A stretch of 62,784 nucleotides of DNA, the filler included, from Octopus bimaculoides (Eukaryota): the NCBI RefSeq assembly GCF_001194135.2. It is 9 parts of 8 records of this genome, joined end to end, with 100 filler letters (N's around TTAATTAATTAA, not from the genome) between each part and the next. Parts side by side here need not be neighbours in the genome. Positions count along the whole stretch, not along the records: positions 1 to 6,225 come from NC_069000.1; positions 6,326 to 29,943 come from NC_068996.1; 7 more parts are not named here. One strand, written 5' to 3'. The notes beneath the pieces were generated by a model, which had not been told where the DNA came from, ran no database searches, and saw only the letters and a program-made list of their open reading frames with translations. The position numbers were made by a program, and so were the translations under genes. Shown here piece by piece: positions 1 through 12,175 of the stretch (its first letter is position 1; each line of letters opens with the position of its first letter).

Positions 1-208
1 GTGGCTACTACTACGACTCCTAGAAATAATAATAATGATAATAATAATTATTATAATTATAATAATAATTATAATAATATTCATCATCATCATCATCATC
101 ATCATTATCTTTATTTCGTTTATCAGTCACAAGGGCATAGATGAAGGGGGTCATCACAAGGACAGACAACCATTTGTTTGAGGAGAAAGAAATGCAATAA
201 AAGTATAT

Positions 209-367
209 AGGCATGGCTGTGTGGTAAGGAGCTCGCTTGCCAACAATATGGTTCCAAGTTCAATCCCACTGTGTGGTACTTTGGGCAAGTGTCTTCTACT
301 ATATCCTCAGGCTGACCAAAGCCTTGTGAGTGGATTTGGTAGACGGAAACTGAAAGAAGCCTGTCGT
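209..367 (+). mobile_element. tRNA-derived SINE, type A (head and body), interrupted by the maT element
   Basis: GGCATGGCTGTGTGGTAAG...GGTTCCAAGTTCAATCCC (A/B-box-like) then GGGCAAGTGTCTTCTACTAT...GAAACTGAAAGAAGCC; the same sequence recurs at 24893, 40026 and 40785. Confidence 0.85.
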
Positions 368-372
368 ATATA

Positions 373-1197
373 CAGGGTGCAGTGAATAAACTGTCATCTA
401 AATTAAGCAAAAGTGAAAATAACAGACCTCTCATTTTAACTGATATATTTACCAAAATTACATAAAAATATCTTGGAATACTAAAGAGTAAATTTATTCA
501 ATAAATTCGCCATTGGCTTCAACCACAGCCTCCAGACGATTTCAGAATCTTCTGCAACTCTTCTGGATGGTCTCCTTATTTAAGTTGGTGAATGCTGCCA
601 AAATCCTTACCTTCAGTTCATCTTTGGTGTTACAAGTTTTGTTGGTCTCTTTCTCAACTGCACCCTACACATAATAATCAAGTAGGTTTCAGTTTGGGGA
701 GTTAGGTGGCCAGATTTTAGGGGTGATGTGGTTGCAGAAATTGTCTGACAGCCAAGACTGGGTTCTTCTGCTTGTGTGGCATGGTGCAGAGTCCTGTTGC
801 CAGTCATAAGGTCTTCCAGCAGCCATCCTCTTGACCCAGAGCAGCACTACCTCATCCAGGTACTTGATGTAGGCTTCCATATTTAGTGTGAGACCGTGTG
901 GTAAGATGAATGGAGGCACTATGATGTTGACTGGGTGTTTGATTTTTATCACTTTCAGTACATCTTTTGAGAACACAGTAAGCCAATGGTTGTTCTGTGT
1001 GTTCACCATCTGTTTGTTTTAGAGCTCCTGGCATGTTCTTTCCAAACGTCTTGCAGAGTGAATTGTGTCATTATGTTATTTTTCTCATGGACAGTGCCCA
1101 ACTGAGCCTACTATACTGTGCAGTCAACAAAATATAAGCAATGCACATATGCGAAATTAAAAATATAAAATGGTGACAATTTACACATCGCACCCTG
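373..1197 (-). mobile_element. Internally deleted Tc1/mariner (maT/DD37D-like) DNA transposon with both TIRs
   Basis: Left TIR CAGGGTGCAGTGAATAAACTGTCA follows TA; the right TIR reverse complement is CAGGGTGCGATGTGTAAATTGTCA. The minus strand encodes WQQDSAPCHTSRRTQSWLSDNF...IWPPNSP, a transposase C-terminal half with stops. Confidence 0.85.
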
Positions 1198-1208
1198 TGT
1201 GTATATAG

Positions 1209-1245
<37 letters not shown>

Positions 1246-1345
1246 NNNNNNNNNNNNNNNNNNNNNNNNNNNNNNNNNNNNNNNNNNNNNNNNNNNNNNN
1301 NNNNNNNNNNNNNNNNNNNNNNNNNNNNNNNNNNNNNNNNNNNNN

Positions 1346-1392
<47 letters not shown>

Positions 1393-1937
1393 CAAAACAG
1401 TTTCATTCAAATTCATTGGTACTCTTGAGTTTCAAGCATGATGCTAGTCGTAAGCCATTTTGAATTTGAATGACAGAAGTTGGTTGTTATTACCATAAGG
1501 TGGGCTGTGATTGGTCGAGGAAGGTCATGCAGTGTTGTGGTTTGATGTTGGTATATGGGTAACAGTTAGTTGGAAAATACTGCATGGTGAACAGGAAATT
1601 GACAACATGGAGGACAGGAAATAGATCACATGGGGGTTGGGAAATCAGTAAGGTTGTTGGAGTGGAGAAGTAGGAAGGGGCAATATGTGCAAGTATATAG
1701 TTCTATATGTGGGTGTGTAGATGTGCTCATATGGTTTTGCATGCATGTGTGTATTGATGCAAGCATGCAGATCTGTACATGGGCACAGATGTGCATGTCT
1801 GCACACACACACATGCATATGCTTAGACAAACACACATGCACACACATACACGTGCATATGCACACATGCACACATATACACACACTTATATGTATGCAT
1901 TCTCTTCCAAATTCTTGATATTGTGTATATTTATGAA

Positions 1938-1971
<34 letters not shown>

Positions 1972-2289
1972 NNNNNNNNNNNNNNNNNNNNNNNNNNNNN
2001 NNNNNNNNNNNNNNNNNNNNNNNNNNNNNNNNNNNNNNNNNNNNNNNNNNNNNNNNNNNNNNNNNNNNNNNNNNNNNNNNNNNNNNNNNNNNNNNNNNNN
2101 NNNNNNNNNNNNNNNNNNNNNNNNNNNNNNNNNNNNNNNNNNNNNNNNNNNNNNNNNNNNNNNNNNNNNNNNNNNNNNNNNNNTAGGTCAGTTCTATGAA
2201 TTTACAAAAAAATGCTTAGCTCATCAAAGAAAAGCTGAATTTGAAAATATATTGGCATGAATAATCTTAAGAATCCTTTTATCACACCT

Positions 2290-2444
2290 ATTCAGTGAAT
2301 CTACTATTAGCATAAATGGTTGCATCAATACAGAGTCGAAAGCATTGACATGCCTGAATCAGATGATCTTTATCAGTTTTGTACATAGTTCTGATTATGG
2401 CAGACTTGAGAGATTGTATGGTGTTATGGGGGTGTTGATTGACC

Positions 2445-2508
<64 letters not shown>

Positions 2509-3060
2509 TACACTCCACATGTAATTGTCCAGTGGATTGAGGTCTGGAGAGCTATAAAGCCAAGTGATTGCAGAGATTAACATATATCCATACTTGGGTT
2601 GTCTACTAAATCAATCCAGGGCTTCACAACTTACACCAAAGACCTCTGTGTAGACAGAGGCATTACTGGCATGACATCTTCCTCATTGCTGACTCCCATA
2701 ACCATCACATTTACAGGGAACTTTGTATGGATGACCGTTGGAATCTCATTAAAGTTTCTAAATAAATGTCTGTCATTTCTTCAGCTTACATTTTGGTTCT
2801 AATCAGAGTTTTTCTCATCATGAGAAAACCAAAGCCTTGGTGTTTTACTTTGGTGTTTTAACTTGTTTAGCAAGCACTTTGCATGGATCAAACGATTCTC
2901 TCTTGCCATATCCAACATAAACTGACCTCCTTGGTTCACATATTACTTGTACAGGACATCCTTATGCACAGTTCTCCTGATGGTGCATTCTGAAACATTG
3001 AAGTCCTTTGTAATGTCTCTAATTGACTTTATAGAGTTTTTATTCATTATTTCTTGGACT
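2290..3060 (-). mobile_element. Second degraded maT/mariner transposase relic, split by (GA)n
   Basis: Minus-strand WLYSSPDLNPLDNYMWSV, then VNQHPHNTIQSLKSAIIR; an HTH-like KSIRDITKDFNVSECTIRRTVHKD segment lies near 2950-3030. Confidence 0.75.
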
Positions 3061-3382
3061 TTTCATACAAAATTATGTGTTTTAATGGTATTAGGACCCT
3101 GTGCATGCATTTTGCATTTGGCTGCTGATGTTGAATGTCCATCAGCGACTTATACCTTCTTTCAAACTGACAATGACAGATCAAGCAACTTTCAGGAAGC
3201 AAGCTATCTCTGTATTATTATGCTGTACCTTTAAGGCAACAATTGTAGCGTGCCTTGCCATTCGTTGAATCAACCTGATGTCTGACATTATTTATTTGAA
3301 AAGTGAGGTAAAAAAGATAAATTAAAAGAAATTTAGAGCTCTTGAAAGAGAGCTAAAAACAACTGACACACACAGTTTAGTC

Positions 3383-3537
3383 ATGGCCAAAAGTTTGGAA
3401 CATAGGTCTGAAAATTAGAATTGAACCATTGGATCAGTTGTTACATAAGTATACCTCTACATTTTATATATTTGAATCAAACTGTACTTGGGCATAACAA
3501 TTTTCTTTTTTTTTTAATGTTTCAAACCTTTGGCCAT
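3383..3537. mobile_element. Short Tc1-like MITE / inverted repeat
   Basis: ATGGCCAAAAGTTTGGAACAT (3383-3403) and ATGTTTCAAACCTTTGGCCAT (3517-3537) are inverted, 19/21 identical, and resemble Tc1-type TIR cores. Confidence 0.55.
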
Positions 3538-4566
3538 AGTCATGTTCTTACTGATTTTTACTGTCTTGTTCTCACTGTCCTGTTCTTGATAATACTTTCA
3601 ACCTCCGCAAAAAATTCCAAATTTTATTTAATTTGCTTTGCAGGAAGGACTGTTCCAACGAAGTCACGTATTGTCCTTGCCTTCGAAATGCAGAGTAGAT
3701 TGACAGGGACAACTGACGAAGGGTTATACTCTTTATGTTGCATGTCTCGTTTTTCTGTCTGCTTTTTCATTGTTCGAAAAAAGTTCGTTTTCTGTTTTCG
3801 TTTCTCATTGTGTTTAACGTTTTTTTTGTGATGTCCTGTACCCAAATATGCATGTATGTATACATATAGATGTAGGTATGTACATATATGTATGGATATA
3901 TGCATATATTTATATATTATTTATATTATTATTATATATATATATATATATATTTATATATCATCATCATCATCGTTTAATGTCTGTGTTCCATGCTAGA
4001 ATACACATACATACAAACATATATATATTTATATATAAATACGCATACATATGTACATATATATATATTTAAACATTAGAAAACTATGTGCTAAACAAGA
4101 CTGTTTCTTTGTTTCTGATGTGTAGAATAGAGAGGAGGATCTCTTTACTGACCGTTTCATGTTTTGTTGACCACTTCTTAGAGAACACATAACCAGTATT
4201 TCCCCCTATCAATAACATAGGATATTGAACTGTTATATAATGCAGTCATAAATTAGGCTATCAGCATAGTGGATAGCTTAATCTGCATATTTGCACTTTT
4301 GACAGTTGTTCATAAAGTGAATAATATATATTCTATGCAAAACACAATACGAATCAGTATGAAAAAATAAATTTTTACATTAGACATCCCAGCTGTGAGA
4401 TAAATAAGAATATAAATACATTTGTTCTATGCTTTTCATATAATGGAAAAGAAAGTCTCCTGACAGACATAATTTGCTCAGTTTCTTTTTCCAATCAATA
4501 GTACAGGATATTCAGTTGAAATACATAGAGAGAGACAGACAGACAGAGACAGACAGACAGACACGT

Positions 4567-4619
<53 letters not shown>

Positions 4620-5104
4620 GATTTCAAAGGGTTACATCTCTTCAATGGTAGGACAACTGTCATGACTACAGAAGATGGAGATGTGAATCATTTTTAGCAA
4701 TCTTTGACTTCTTTTCTATCCAAGGGGCTTTTGACATAATACGCTGCATGGTATTATCTATAGCTTTATCTACTTCAAGTCCTACCATTAAAAAAAAAAT
4801 CAATTCAAAACAATTCAAAAAACAATACACACACACACACACACACACATAAGAACACAAAAGGGGTTTAAAATTTGGCTTTAAATTAATTAAGTTAAGT
4901 GTTTTCAAATAATAGATCCATTTGATCTCTGCTTCTTACATGCCCATTAAAGCCATTCCTAATTTCTCTATAAATTCAAATGTTTTCTTTTTGTTTTTAA
5001 TACCATTTATTCAACAATGGATTCATCATGATCAAGGTGTTCTCTCCTCTGCTCATACTCGTTTAAAATTATACCTGAAGAAGGTGGATTATAGCTTTTA
5101 TCTT

Positions 5105-5600
5105 TAACTTATTTCAATCATTGGACTGTGGCCATGCTGGGGCACTGTTTTACTTGAATGAATCGACCCCAGAACTTTTTTTTTTCCTTAAGTCTAGTAC
5201 TTATTCTATTGGTTTCTTGCGCTGAACTGCTAAGTTACTGGGATGTAAACACACCAGTACCAGTTGTCAAGTGGTGATGGAGGACAAACACAATCATAAA
5301 AACACCCACACAGAGATATATATACATATATACTTCACATGTTGGGATAGACAGGCCTTTAGGTAAAGCTACCTTCACGGATCATGCCAACTCACACGGT
5401 CCGGTTTCCCAGTTTCATGGTGTATATACTTGCCACCAGTTAGAGGATTACTCATTTTTGTCAGCTGAGTGGACTGGAGCAATGCAAAATGAAATGCTTT
5501 GCTCAAGACCACAACGCATCGTCCAATCCAGGAATCGAAACCACAATCTTACGATCATAAGTCCAACACACTAAACACAGAGCCACATTCCTACACATGG
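5105..5600 (-). mobile_element. SINE cluster: type A tail plus a CORE-like SINE head
   Basis: Reverse complement of the type A tail (...CCAGCATGGCCACAGTCC) and of a tRNA head GTGGCTCAGTGTTTAG...GGTTTCGATTCC followed by CTTGAGCAAAGCATTTCATTTTGCATTGCTCCAGTCCACTCAGCTG. Confidence 0.7.
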
Positions 5601-5824
5601 TTTAAAACTTGTCAGCTACCTTCACCTAGTGTAGCATGCTTGTTAATACCATTGCCCAAAGTGTGGCCACATGCTAACAGCTACATGACAACTGAATAGT
5701 GGTGAGAGCCAATGATGGGCATGCTAACCTCAGAGGTGCACAACAACCAAGTACCCTGATCAGAGGTATTACTTCACCTAGCATACCCCATACAGTCTAT
5801 GAATATGCTTACATATATATATTC

Positions 5825-6030
5825 TTTTATTCTTTTTACTTGTTTCAGTTATTTGACTGCGGCCATGCTGGAGCACCACCTTTAGTCAAGCAAATCGACC
5901 ACAGGACTTATTCTTTGTAAGCCTAGTATTTATTCTATTGGTCCCTTTTGCCAAACTGCTAAGTTATGGGGGCATAAACACACCTGCATCAGTTGTCAAG
6001 CGATGGTGGAGGGACAAACACAGACACACA
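5825..6030 (-). mobile_element. Type A SINE 3' tail
   Basis: TACTTGTTTCAGTTATTTGACTGCGGCCATGCTGGAGCACCACCTTTAGTC is the reverse complement of the tail at 25200-25295. Confidence 0.8.
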
Positions 6031-6225
6031 TACATATGCATGCACGTTGTGCACACAAACACACGCATACACACACACAAGGAGACAGAGAGGAAGCATA
6101 AAAATGAGAAAGGGAGAAGAGCAGAGTGCCAACTGTGGTGGGCGAGTGAGGGTGTAGATACAACTGCAACCCACAACACTCCAAACCAATTCTGAATGGA
6201 ATGTTCCGCTGGTTAGTTGGGTTGG

Positions 6226-6325
6226 NNNNNNNNNNNNNNNNNNNNNNNNNNNNNNNNNNNNNNNNNNNNTTAATTAATTAANNNNNNNNNNNNNNNNNNN
6301 NNNNNNNNNNNNNNNNNNNNNNNNN
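6226..6325. other. Synthetic scaffold-join spacer 44N-TTAATTAATTAA-44N (first of eight)
   Basis: The identical 100-bp structure occurs at 6226, 29944, 40223, 45089, 47423, 49517, 55864 and 61606. The 12-mer contains stop codons in all six frames. Confidence 0.95.
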
Positions 6326-6399
6326 CATCTCTCTCCTTTTCTTTAATTTTTTTTTCATTTTTATATCTGCAGCATCATTAATGCTTACACCCACAATGC

Positions 6400-9300
6400 T
6401 CATAACACTTATATTTACTACGCCCCAAACACTTTCATATGCAATGCTTCCTTAGTCACCCCACCCTCAGTAGAGGCAACAACTTCAACAATTCTAACAT
6501 GTTTGAATGACAGTAGGTTAAAAGCAGGAACAACTGTTATGACGTCTGTTACCAAACAATCACAGGAACCTTCTTTTCAGGTACTGAATAACATCTCTCC
6601 TTCCTGTGTTACTTCCCATATCTCTTTCCCAGTTTTCAGAGTTGGCACTCTAAATGTAGACATATTGAAAGGTAGGTCTAGCAAGATTGTAGAGATGCTT
6701 CAATAGAGATGTGTTGATGTATGTTGCGTACAAGAGGTAAGATGGAAAGGAGCTTCAGCCAGTGTCCTCACAGGCAAAGCACATAGGTATAAACTCTTTT
6801 GAGAAGGTAATAGTGATGGAATAGGGGATGTGGGCATACTTCTTGCGTATAAATGAGTGGATAAAATTGTAGGGGTAGTGAGGGTGTGCGATAAAGTACT
6901 TATACTCAGGTTAGTCATGCAGAATGGTATAGCTACAACTATCTCCACCTACACCCCACAAGTGGGCCTGCCAGATGAACAGAAGGATCACTTTTATGAT
7001 ATTCTTCTATAGGCTACTTCAAAGACGAGTGACAATGATCTCTTCTTTGTGGCTGGAGATTTTAATGGGCATGTCAGACAGCAACATAGTATCTTCCATA
7101 GTGTACATTGGGGGCCATGAAGTTGGTACCAGAAATGAAGAGGGAACTAGGTTCCTGGAGTTCTGTGATGCAAATAACCTACTGATCTGCAATGCCAACT
7201 TCAGGAAGCCAACTAACCACCTGAGAACCTATCAGTCAGATGACTCTGCTTGCCAGATCAATTTCATTCTCACCAGACAGCGGGATTCATGGTTGCTTAT
7301 AAATACAAAGACCCTCTCTGGTGAAGAATGCACCCCACAACATAGACTAGTTATTAGTGACTGTCGACTCAAAGCCAGAAGGATGCCAAGAAGCAGACTA
7401 ATCTAGAAAAGAAGGATTTGGAAGCTTAAGAACCCTTCACATAGTCAGAGATTTAGGGACATTCTCATTGAGAAATTTGATGATAGGGAGGAGGAGCTAC
7501 AGTCCTGTGACATAGAAGGCAGCTGGGAATTCCTGCGAGACAGCTTGCTGAGTGCCACAGACCAAATCTGTGGCTGGTGCAAAGTCCCTTCCAGATCTAG
7601 GGTAACATGGTGGTAGAATACTGTAGACAGGGCCATTAGAGCAACAAAACAGGCCTGGAAGAGTGGGGATAGCAGGGGACTGTATCAGATAGCCAAAAGG
7701 GAAGTTAGGAAACAGGTATATATATAGCCANNNNNNNNNNNNNNNNNNNNNNNNNNNNNNNNNNNNNNNNNNNNNNNNNNNNNNNNNNNNNNNNNNNNNN
7801 NNNNNNNNNNNNNNNNNNNNNNNNNNNNNNNNNNNNNNNNNNNNNNNNNNNNNNNNNNNNNNNNNNNNNNNNNNNNNNNNNNNNNNNNNNNNNNNNNNNN
7901 NNNNNNNNNNNNNNNNNNNNNNNNNNNNNNNNNNNNNNNNNNNNNNNNNNNNNNNNNNNNNNNNNNNNNNNNNNNNNNNNNNNNNNNNNNNNNNNNNNNN
8001 NNNNNNNNNNNNNNNNNNNNNNNNNNNNNNNNNNNNNNNNNNNNNNNNNNNNNNNNNNNNNNNNNNNNNNNNNNNNNNNNNNNNNNNNNNNNNNNNNNGG
8101 TAGATAAAGCAATTAAGGATGTGAAGACAAGGAAAGCTTCTGGCCCATCAGGAATCACTGCTGAAATGCTTAAAATATCTAGTGGTGTAGATTATGGTGT
8201 AGTCACCTGTATTGTAAATCAGGTAGTTCATGAAGGAGTCATACCCAATGACTGGTGTAGCAGCACCATAGTCAACTGCTACAAAGGTAAAGGTGATGCC
8301 TTAGACAGAAATAACTACAGGGGTATCAAACTGCTGGATCAGGTGATGAAGGTCACAGAGAGGGTCATAGCCCAACTAATTAGGGAGATAGTTAACCTAG
8401 ATGAGATGCAGTTTGGTTTTGCGCAAAGCAGAAGCACCACTGATGCTATACTTCTGATAAGGCAACTGCAGGAGAAATACCTAACCAAAGATAAACCTTT
8501 GTACTTGGCTTTTGTTGACTTGAAAGCCTTTGACAGGGTCCCCTGATCCCTTATCTGGTGGTCAATGTGGAAACTGGGGATAGACGAGTGGCTGGTAAGA
8601 GCTGTACAAGCTCTGTACAGGGACGTTGTCAGTAAGGTGAGGGTTGGCAACGATTACAATGAAGAATTCCGAGTAGAAGTAGGGGTTCCCCAAGGATCTG
8701 TCCTCAGCCGCCTCTTATTCATTATAGTCCTGCCAGCTAGAACAGAGGAATTCAAGACAGGATGCCCCTGGGAGCTCCTCTATGCTGGTGACCTTTCCCT
8801 AATTGCTGAGTCACTATCAGAACTAGAGGAGAAGTTTCAGATGTGGAAGCAGGGACTAGAATCGAAGGGCCTTAGAGTCAACCTAGTTACAACCAAAGTC
8901 TTAATAAGTAGAAAGGTAGACAAACCACAAACTCTTTCAGGTAGATGGCTCTGCCTGATCTGTAGAAAAGGTGTAGGTAGAAACTCTATAAGATGTACCC
9001 AATGTAAGCTATGGACACATAAGAGGTGCAGCAATATCAAAGGAAGGCTAACTAGGAAGATAGTTTTTGTATGTGACAGATGCTCAGGAGCAATAAACAC
9101 TGGAAATGTGCAGAGAACAACTTCTGCCACATTCCAGGGAGAAAAACCAGACTTAGTTGACAGCTTCCGTTACCTAGGTGACCAAGTCAGTAGCGGGGGA
9201 GGGTGCGCTGAAAGTGTAGCTGCTAGAATAAGAATAACCTGGGCAAAGTTCAGAGAGCTCTTAGCTCTGCTGGTGACAAAGGGCCTCTGGCTCAGAGTAA

Positions 9301-10088
9301 AAGGCACACTGTATGACGCATGTGTACGAACAGCNNNNNNNNNNCCTCACCGAGGCGATGACTTCTGACCGAGACCTTTGGAAATACACTGTGCTTGAGA
9401 AGACCCGGCAAGCCAAGTGAGACCTAAATCTATGGCCTTTACCAGGGGTGTAGCCAGCCTACTTATGTGTACCTTTCCTTCTTTGGACACAAAACCCTGC
9501 TTGTGAAAACTTGTTGAGGCAAGTGAAATCGAAATCGAAATTGAACCAAATTCGTTGACTGGCCCCCATACCAACCTTCCTTCATTGGACACTAAACTCA
9601 GCTTGTGAAGACTTGTTGGGGCAAGTGAGATCGAAACTGAACCAAATTTGATGACTGGCATCCATGCCAGTAGAGCGCTAACAGCACCATCCGAGCGGGG
9701 TCACTGCCAGAGCAGCGCTCTCACTTCCTTTGCGGTAGCACGTAAAAAGCACCATTTGAGCGCGATCGTTTCCAGCTTCGCCTTACTGGCACTTGTGCCG
9801 GTGGCATGTGAACAAAACATTGGACTGACTCCTGTGCAGGTAGCACGTAAAAAACATTTGAGCATGGCCATTGCCAGTACCGTGTGACTGGCCCTCGTAC
9901 TGGTGGCACGTAAAAGCACCCACTACACTCTTGGAGTGGTTGGTGTTAGGAAGGGCATCCAGCAGTAGAAACTCTGCCAGATCAGATTGGAGTCTGATGT
10001 AGCCATCTGGTTTCACCAGTCCTCAGTCAAATCGTCCAACCCATGCTAGCATGGAAAGCGAACGTTAAACGATGATGATGATGATGAT
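6400..10088 (+). mobile_element. Near full-length but disabled RTE-clade LINE (APE endonuclease, RT, 3' UTR, (GAT)n tail)
   Basis: APE motifs RVGTLNVDILKGR, GTRNEEGTRFLEFCDANNLLICN; RT motifs YRGIKLLDQVMK, QFGF, AFVDL..AFDRVP, GVPQGSVLS, LLYAGDL (mutated YADD), FRYLG; ORF end TRQAK*; (GAT)n tail. Several stops and frameshifts; N gaps at 7731-8098 and 9335-9344. Confidence 0.92.
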
Positions 10089-10483
10089 ACACACACATTA
10101 TATATATATATATTTATATATATATATATTTAAATATATATATATAAACATTAACAGAGGTGGGTTGAGGTCTGCTGCAGGTGTTTCAGACATGTTCTTT
10201 ATGAATGAACAAAAGCATTATTACATCATGCAAAAAAACCAGTTTTCTTCAGGTGAATAAAGAGTAAAAATTAACTCTAAAAAATGTTCACAAAAATAGA
10301 AACCAACCAGGTTACAACCGGGAGGGTGAATGGCGAAAGCTATTACAGAGTATGCATTCGTGGTGACACATTAATAGACTCATTTGAGGGACTGGAATAA
10401 GAGAACAAAGTAGGGACAGATAGAGAAGGAGGGAAATGGAGAGAGAACAAGGGAAAAGTATATATAAATATATAAAAAAAAGT

Positions 10484-10516
<33 letters not shown>

Positions 10517-10559
10517 TTATATTTAAAATTAAAGTTAGATAAGAGGTTTTAAAGTGATC

Positions 10560-10870
10560 ATGATTCCTGGGTGTCAATTTACATGGCACCATCAATGATC
10601 ATGACTACGATGCACTAATGCCATTTACATAGCACTGGCATTGACCACAGTTCACAGGTGTCATATACATGGCATCAGCAATGACCACAACTATGATTCA
10701 AGGGTGCCATTTACATGGCACCAGAAGCAACCACCACAACTATGCACAGGTGCCATTTACATGGCACCAGCATGGCCAAAACTATGATTTCACTTGGCTT
10801 GATGAGTCTCCTCATGCACAGCATATCGCCAAAGCTCTGAGTCACTTGTCATCACCTCCATGAGGTCCTA
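10560..10870 (-). mobile_element. RTE LINE 3' end (ORF2 terminus and variant 3' UTR repeats)
   Basis: The reverse complement reads GLMEVMTSDSELWRYAVHEETHQAK*, followed by tandem TGGTGCCATGTAAA-type units. Confidence 0.7.
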
Positions 10871-10899
10871 TATATATAGTGTTTCGTGTTGCAAGGCAG

Positions 10900-11940
10900 T
10901 GAGAATCATGATGTCATAGGAAAGAAATGTGTCCACATAGATGACAGCTCACTTGCATTTAATGAGGCTGCAAAGAGAGAGATTTGGAGACGCCACTATG
11001 AAAGGTTGCTAAATGAAGAGAATGAATAAGAATAGTCTGGGCAAAGTTCAGAGTTCCTACCTCTGCTGGTAACAAAAGGCCTCTCACTCAGAGTAAAACA
11101 TAGACTGCATGATACATGTGTGCGAACACGGCAGTGAAATATGGGCCATGACTGCTGAGGACATGCGTAAACTTGCAAGGAATGAAGCTAGTATGATCCG
11201 CTGGATGTGTAATGTCAGTGTGTATACACAATAGAGTGTAAGTGTCCTGAGAGAAAAGTTGGACATAAGAAGCATCAGAAGTTGTGGGCAAGAGAGACAA
11301 CTGCACAGGGATGGTCATGTGTTACGTATGGATGAGGACAGCTGTGTGAAAAAGTGTCACACCCTAACAGTAGAGGAAACCTGTGGAAGAGGTAGACCCA
11401 GGAAGATCTGAGATGAGGTGGTGAAGCACGACCTTTGAAAATTGGGCCATACTGAGGCAATGATTAGTGACCAAGACCTTTGGAGATATGATGGGCCTCA
11501 CAGAGGTGATGACAAGTGACCAAGATCTTTGGACAAATGCTGTGCTTGAGAAGACCCAGCAAGTCAAGTGAGACTATAACTGTGGCCAATGACAGTGCAG
11601 CACAACCGGCCCATTTAAGAGTACCCTTCAATCATTGGGCAATAAACTGCCCTTCTGAAGACCTGTTGAGTCAAGTGAAGTCATTGTTGTGGCCAATGAC
11701 AGTACTGCGTGATTGGCACCCATGCCAGTGGCATGTAAAAAGCACCATTCGAGCATGGTCGCTGCCAGTGCCAACTGACTGGATCCCATGCCAGTGGCAC
11801 GTAAATAGCACCATTCAAGCATAGTCGATGCCAGTACCACCTGACTGGCCCTCATGCCAGTGGCACATAAAAAGCATCCACTACTCTCTTGGAGTGGTTG
11901 GCATTAGGAAGGGCATCCAGCTGTAGAAACATTGCCAGAT
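10900..11940 (+). mobile_element. 5'-truncated RTE LINE copy; tail cut at 11940 by the Penelope-type module
   Basis: Matches 9230-9330 and the ORF2 C-terminus (GRPRKI*DEVVKHDL, AVLEKTQQVK*), then the UTR and the tail AAAAAGCATCCACTACTCTCTTGGAGTGGTTGGCATTAGGAAGGGCATCCAGCTGTAG. Confidence 0.85.
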
Positions 11941-12175
11941 CACTATTTATATTATTGACATTATTTACAATTGACGGATATTTGTCCTCATCTTCTTTGT
12001 TGTTAACACAACGTTTCGGCTGATATACCCTCCAGCCTTCATCAGGTGTCTTGGGGAAACTTCGAACATAGGTTCTCATTCCTAAGGTATTTTTCGATGT
12101 TATTATTATTATTATTATTATTATTCAGGTCACTGCCTGGAATTGAACTCGGAATCTCGGGGTTAGTAAACCTCA
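11941..12175 (-). mobile_element. Solo Penelope-type terminal module (partial tRNA head, (AAT)n, hammerhead)
   Basis: Reverse complement of 56645-56900 with high identity. It lacks the A-box half and any ORF. Confidence 0.85.
12005..12050 (-). ncRNA. Minimal type I hammerhead ribozyme
   Basis: Reverse complement: GACAC-CTGATGA-a-GGCTG-gagggtatat-CAGCC-GAAAC-GTT-GTGTT. Both catalytic boxes are present, stem II is a perfect GGCTG/CAGCC, stem I is GACAC/GTGTT, and stem III is the palindrome AACGTT. Confidence 0.7.

Noticed and set aside
4666-5084. Two candidate minus-strand terminal exons (GLEVDKAIDNTMQRIMSKAPW...* and GIILNEYEQRREHLDHDESIVE*)
   Set aside because: Acceptor-like AG sites are present, but I recognise no homology, neither matches the HHAT C-terminus, and both are short.
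6270-6281. TTAATTAATTAA repeated eight times as a possible biological motif or CRISPR-like repeat
   Set aside because: It is always centred in exactly 44N + 44N and stops all six frames, so it is an assembly spacer.
6700-7620. APOBEC-like G-to-A hypermutation suggested by several Trp-to-stop changes in the RTE and Gypsy ORFs
   Set aside because: TGG is among the commonest sources of stops under neutral decay, and without a consensus I cannot show a strand or context bias.
9345-9368. ORF-track reading PHRGDDF joined to the RT ORF
   Set aside because: It is an artefact of a 10-N gap that hides the missing ORF2 C-terminal region; the real frame there is LTEAMTSDRDLW.
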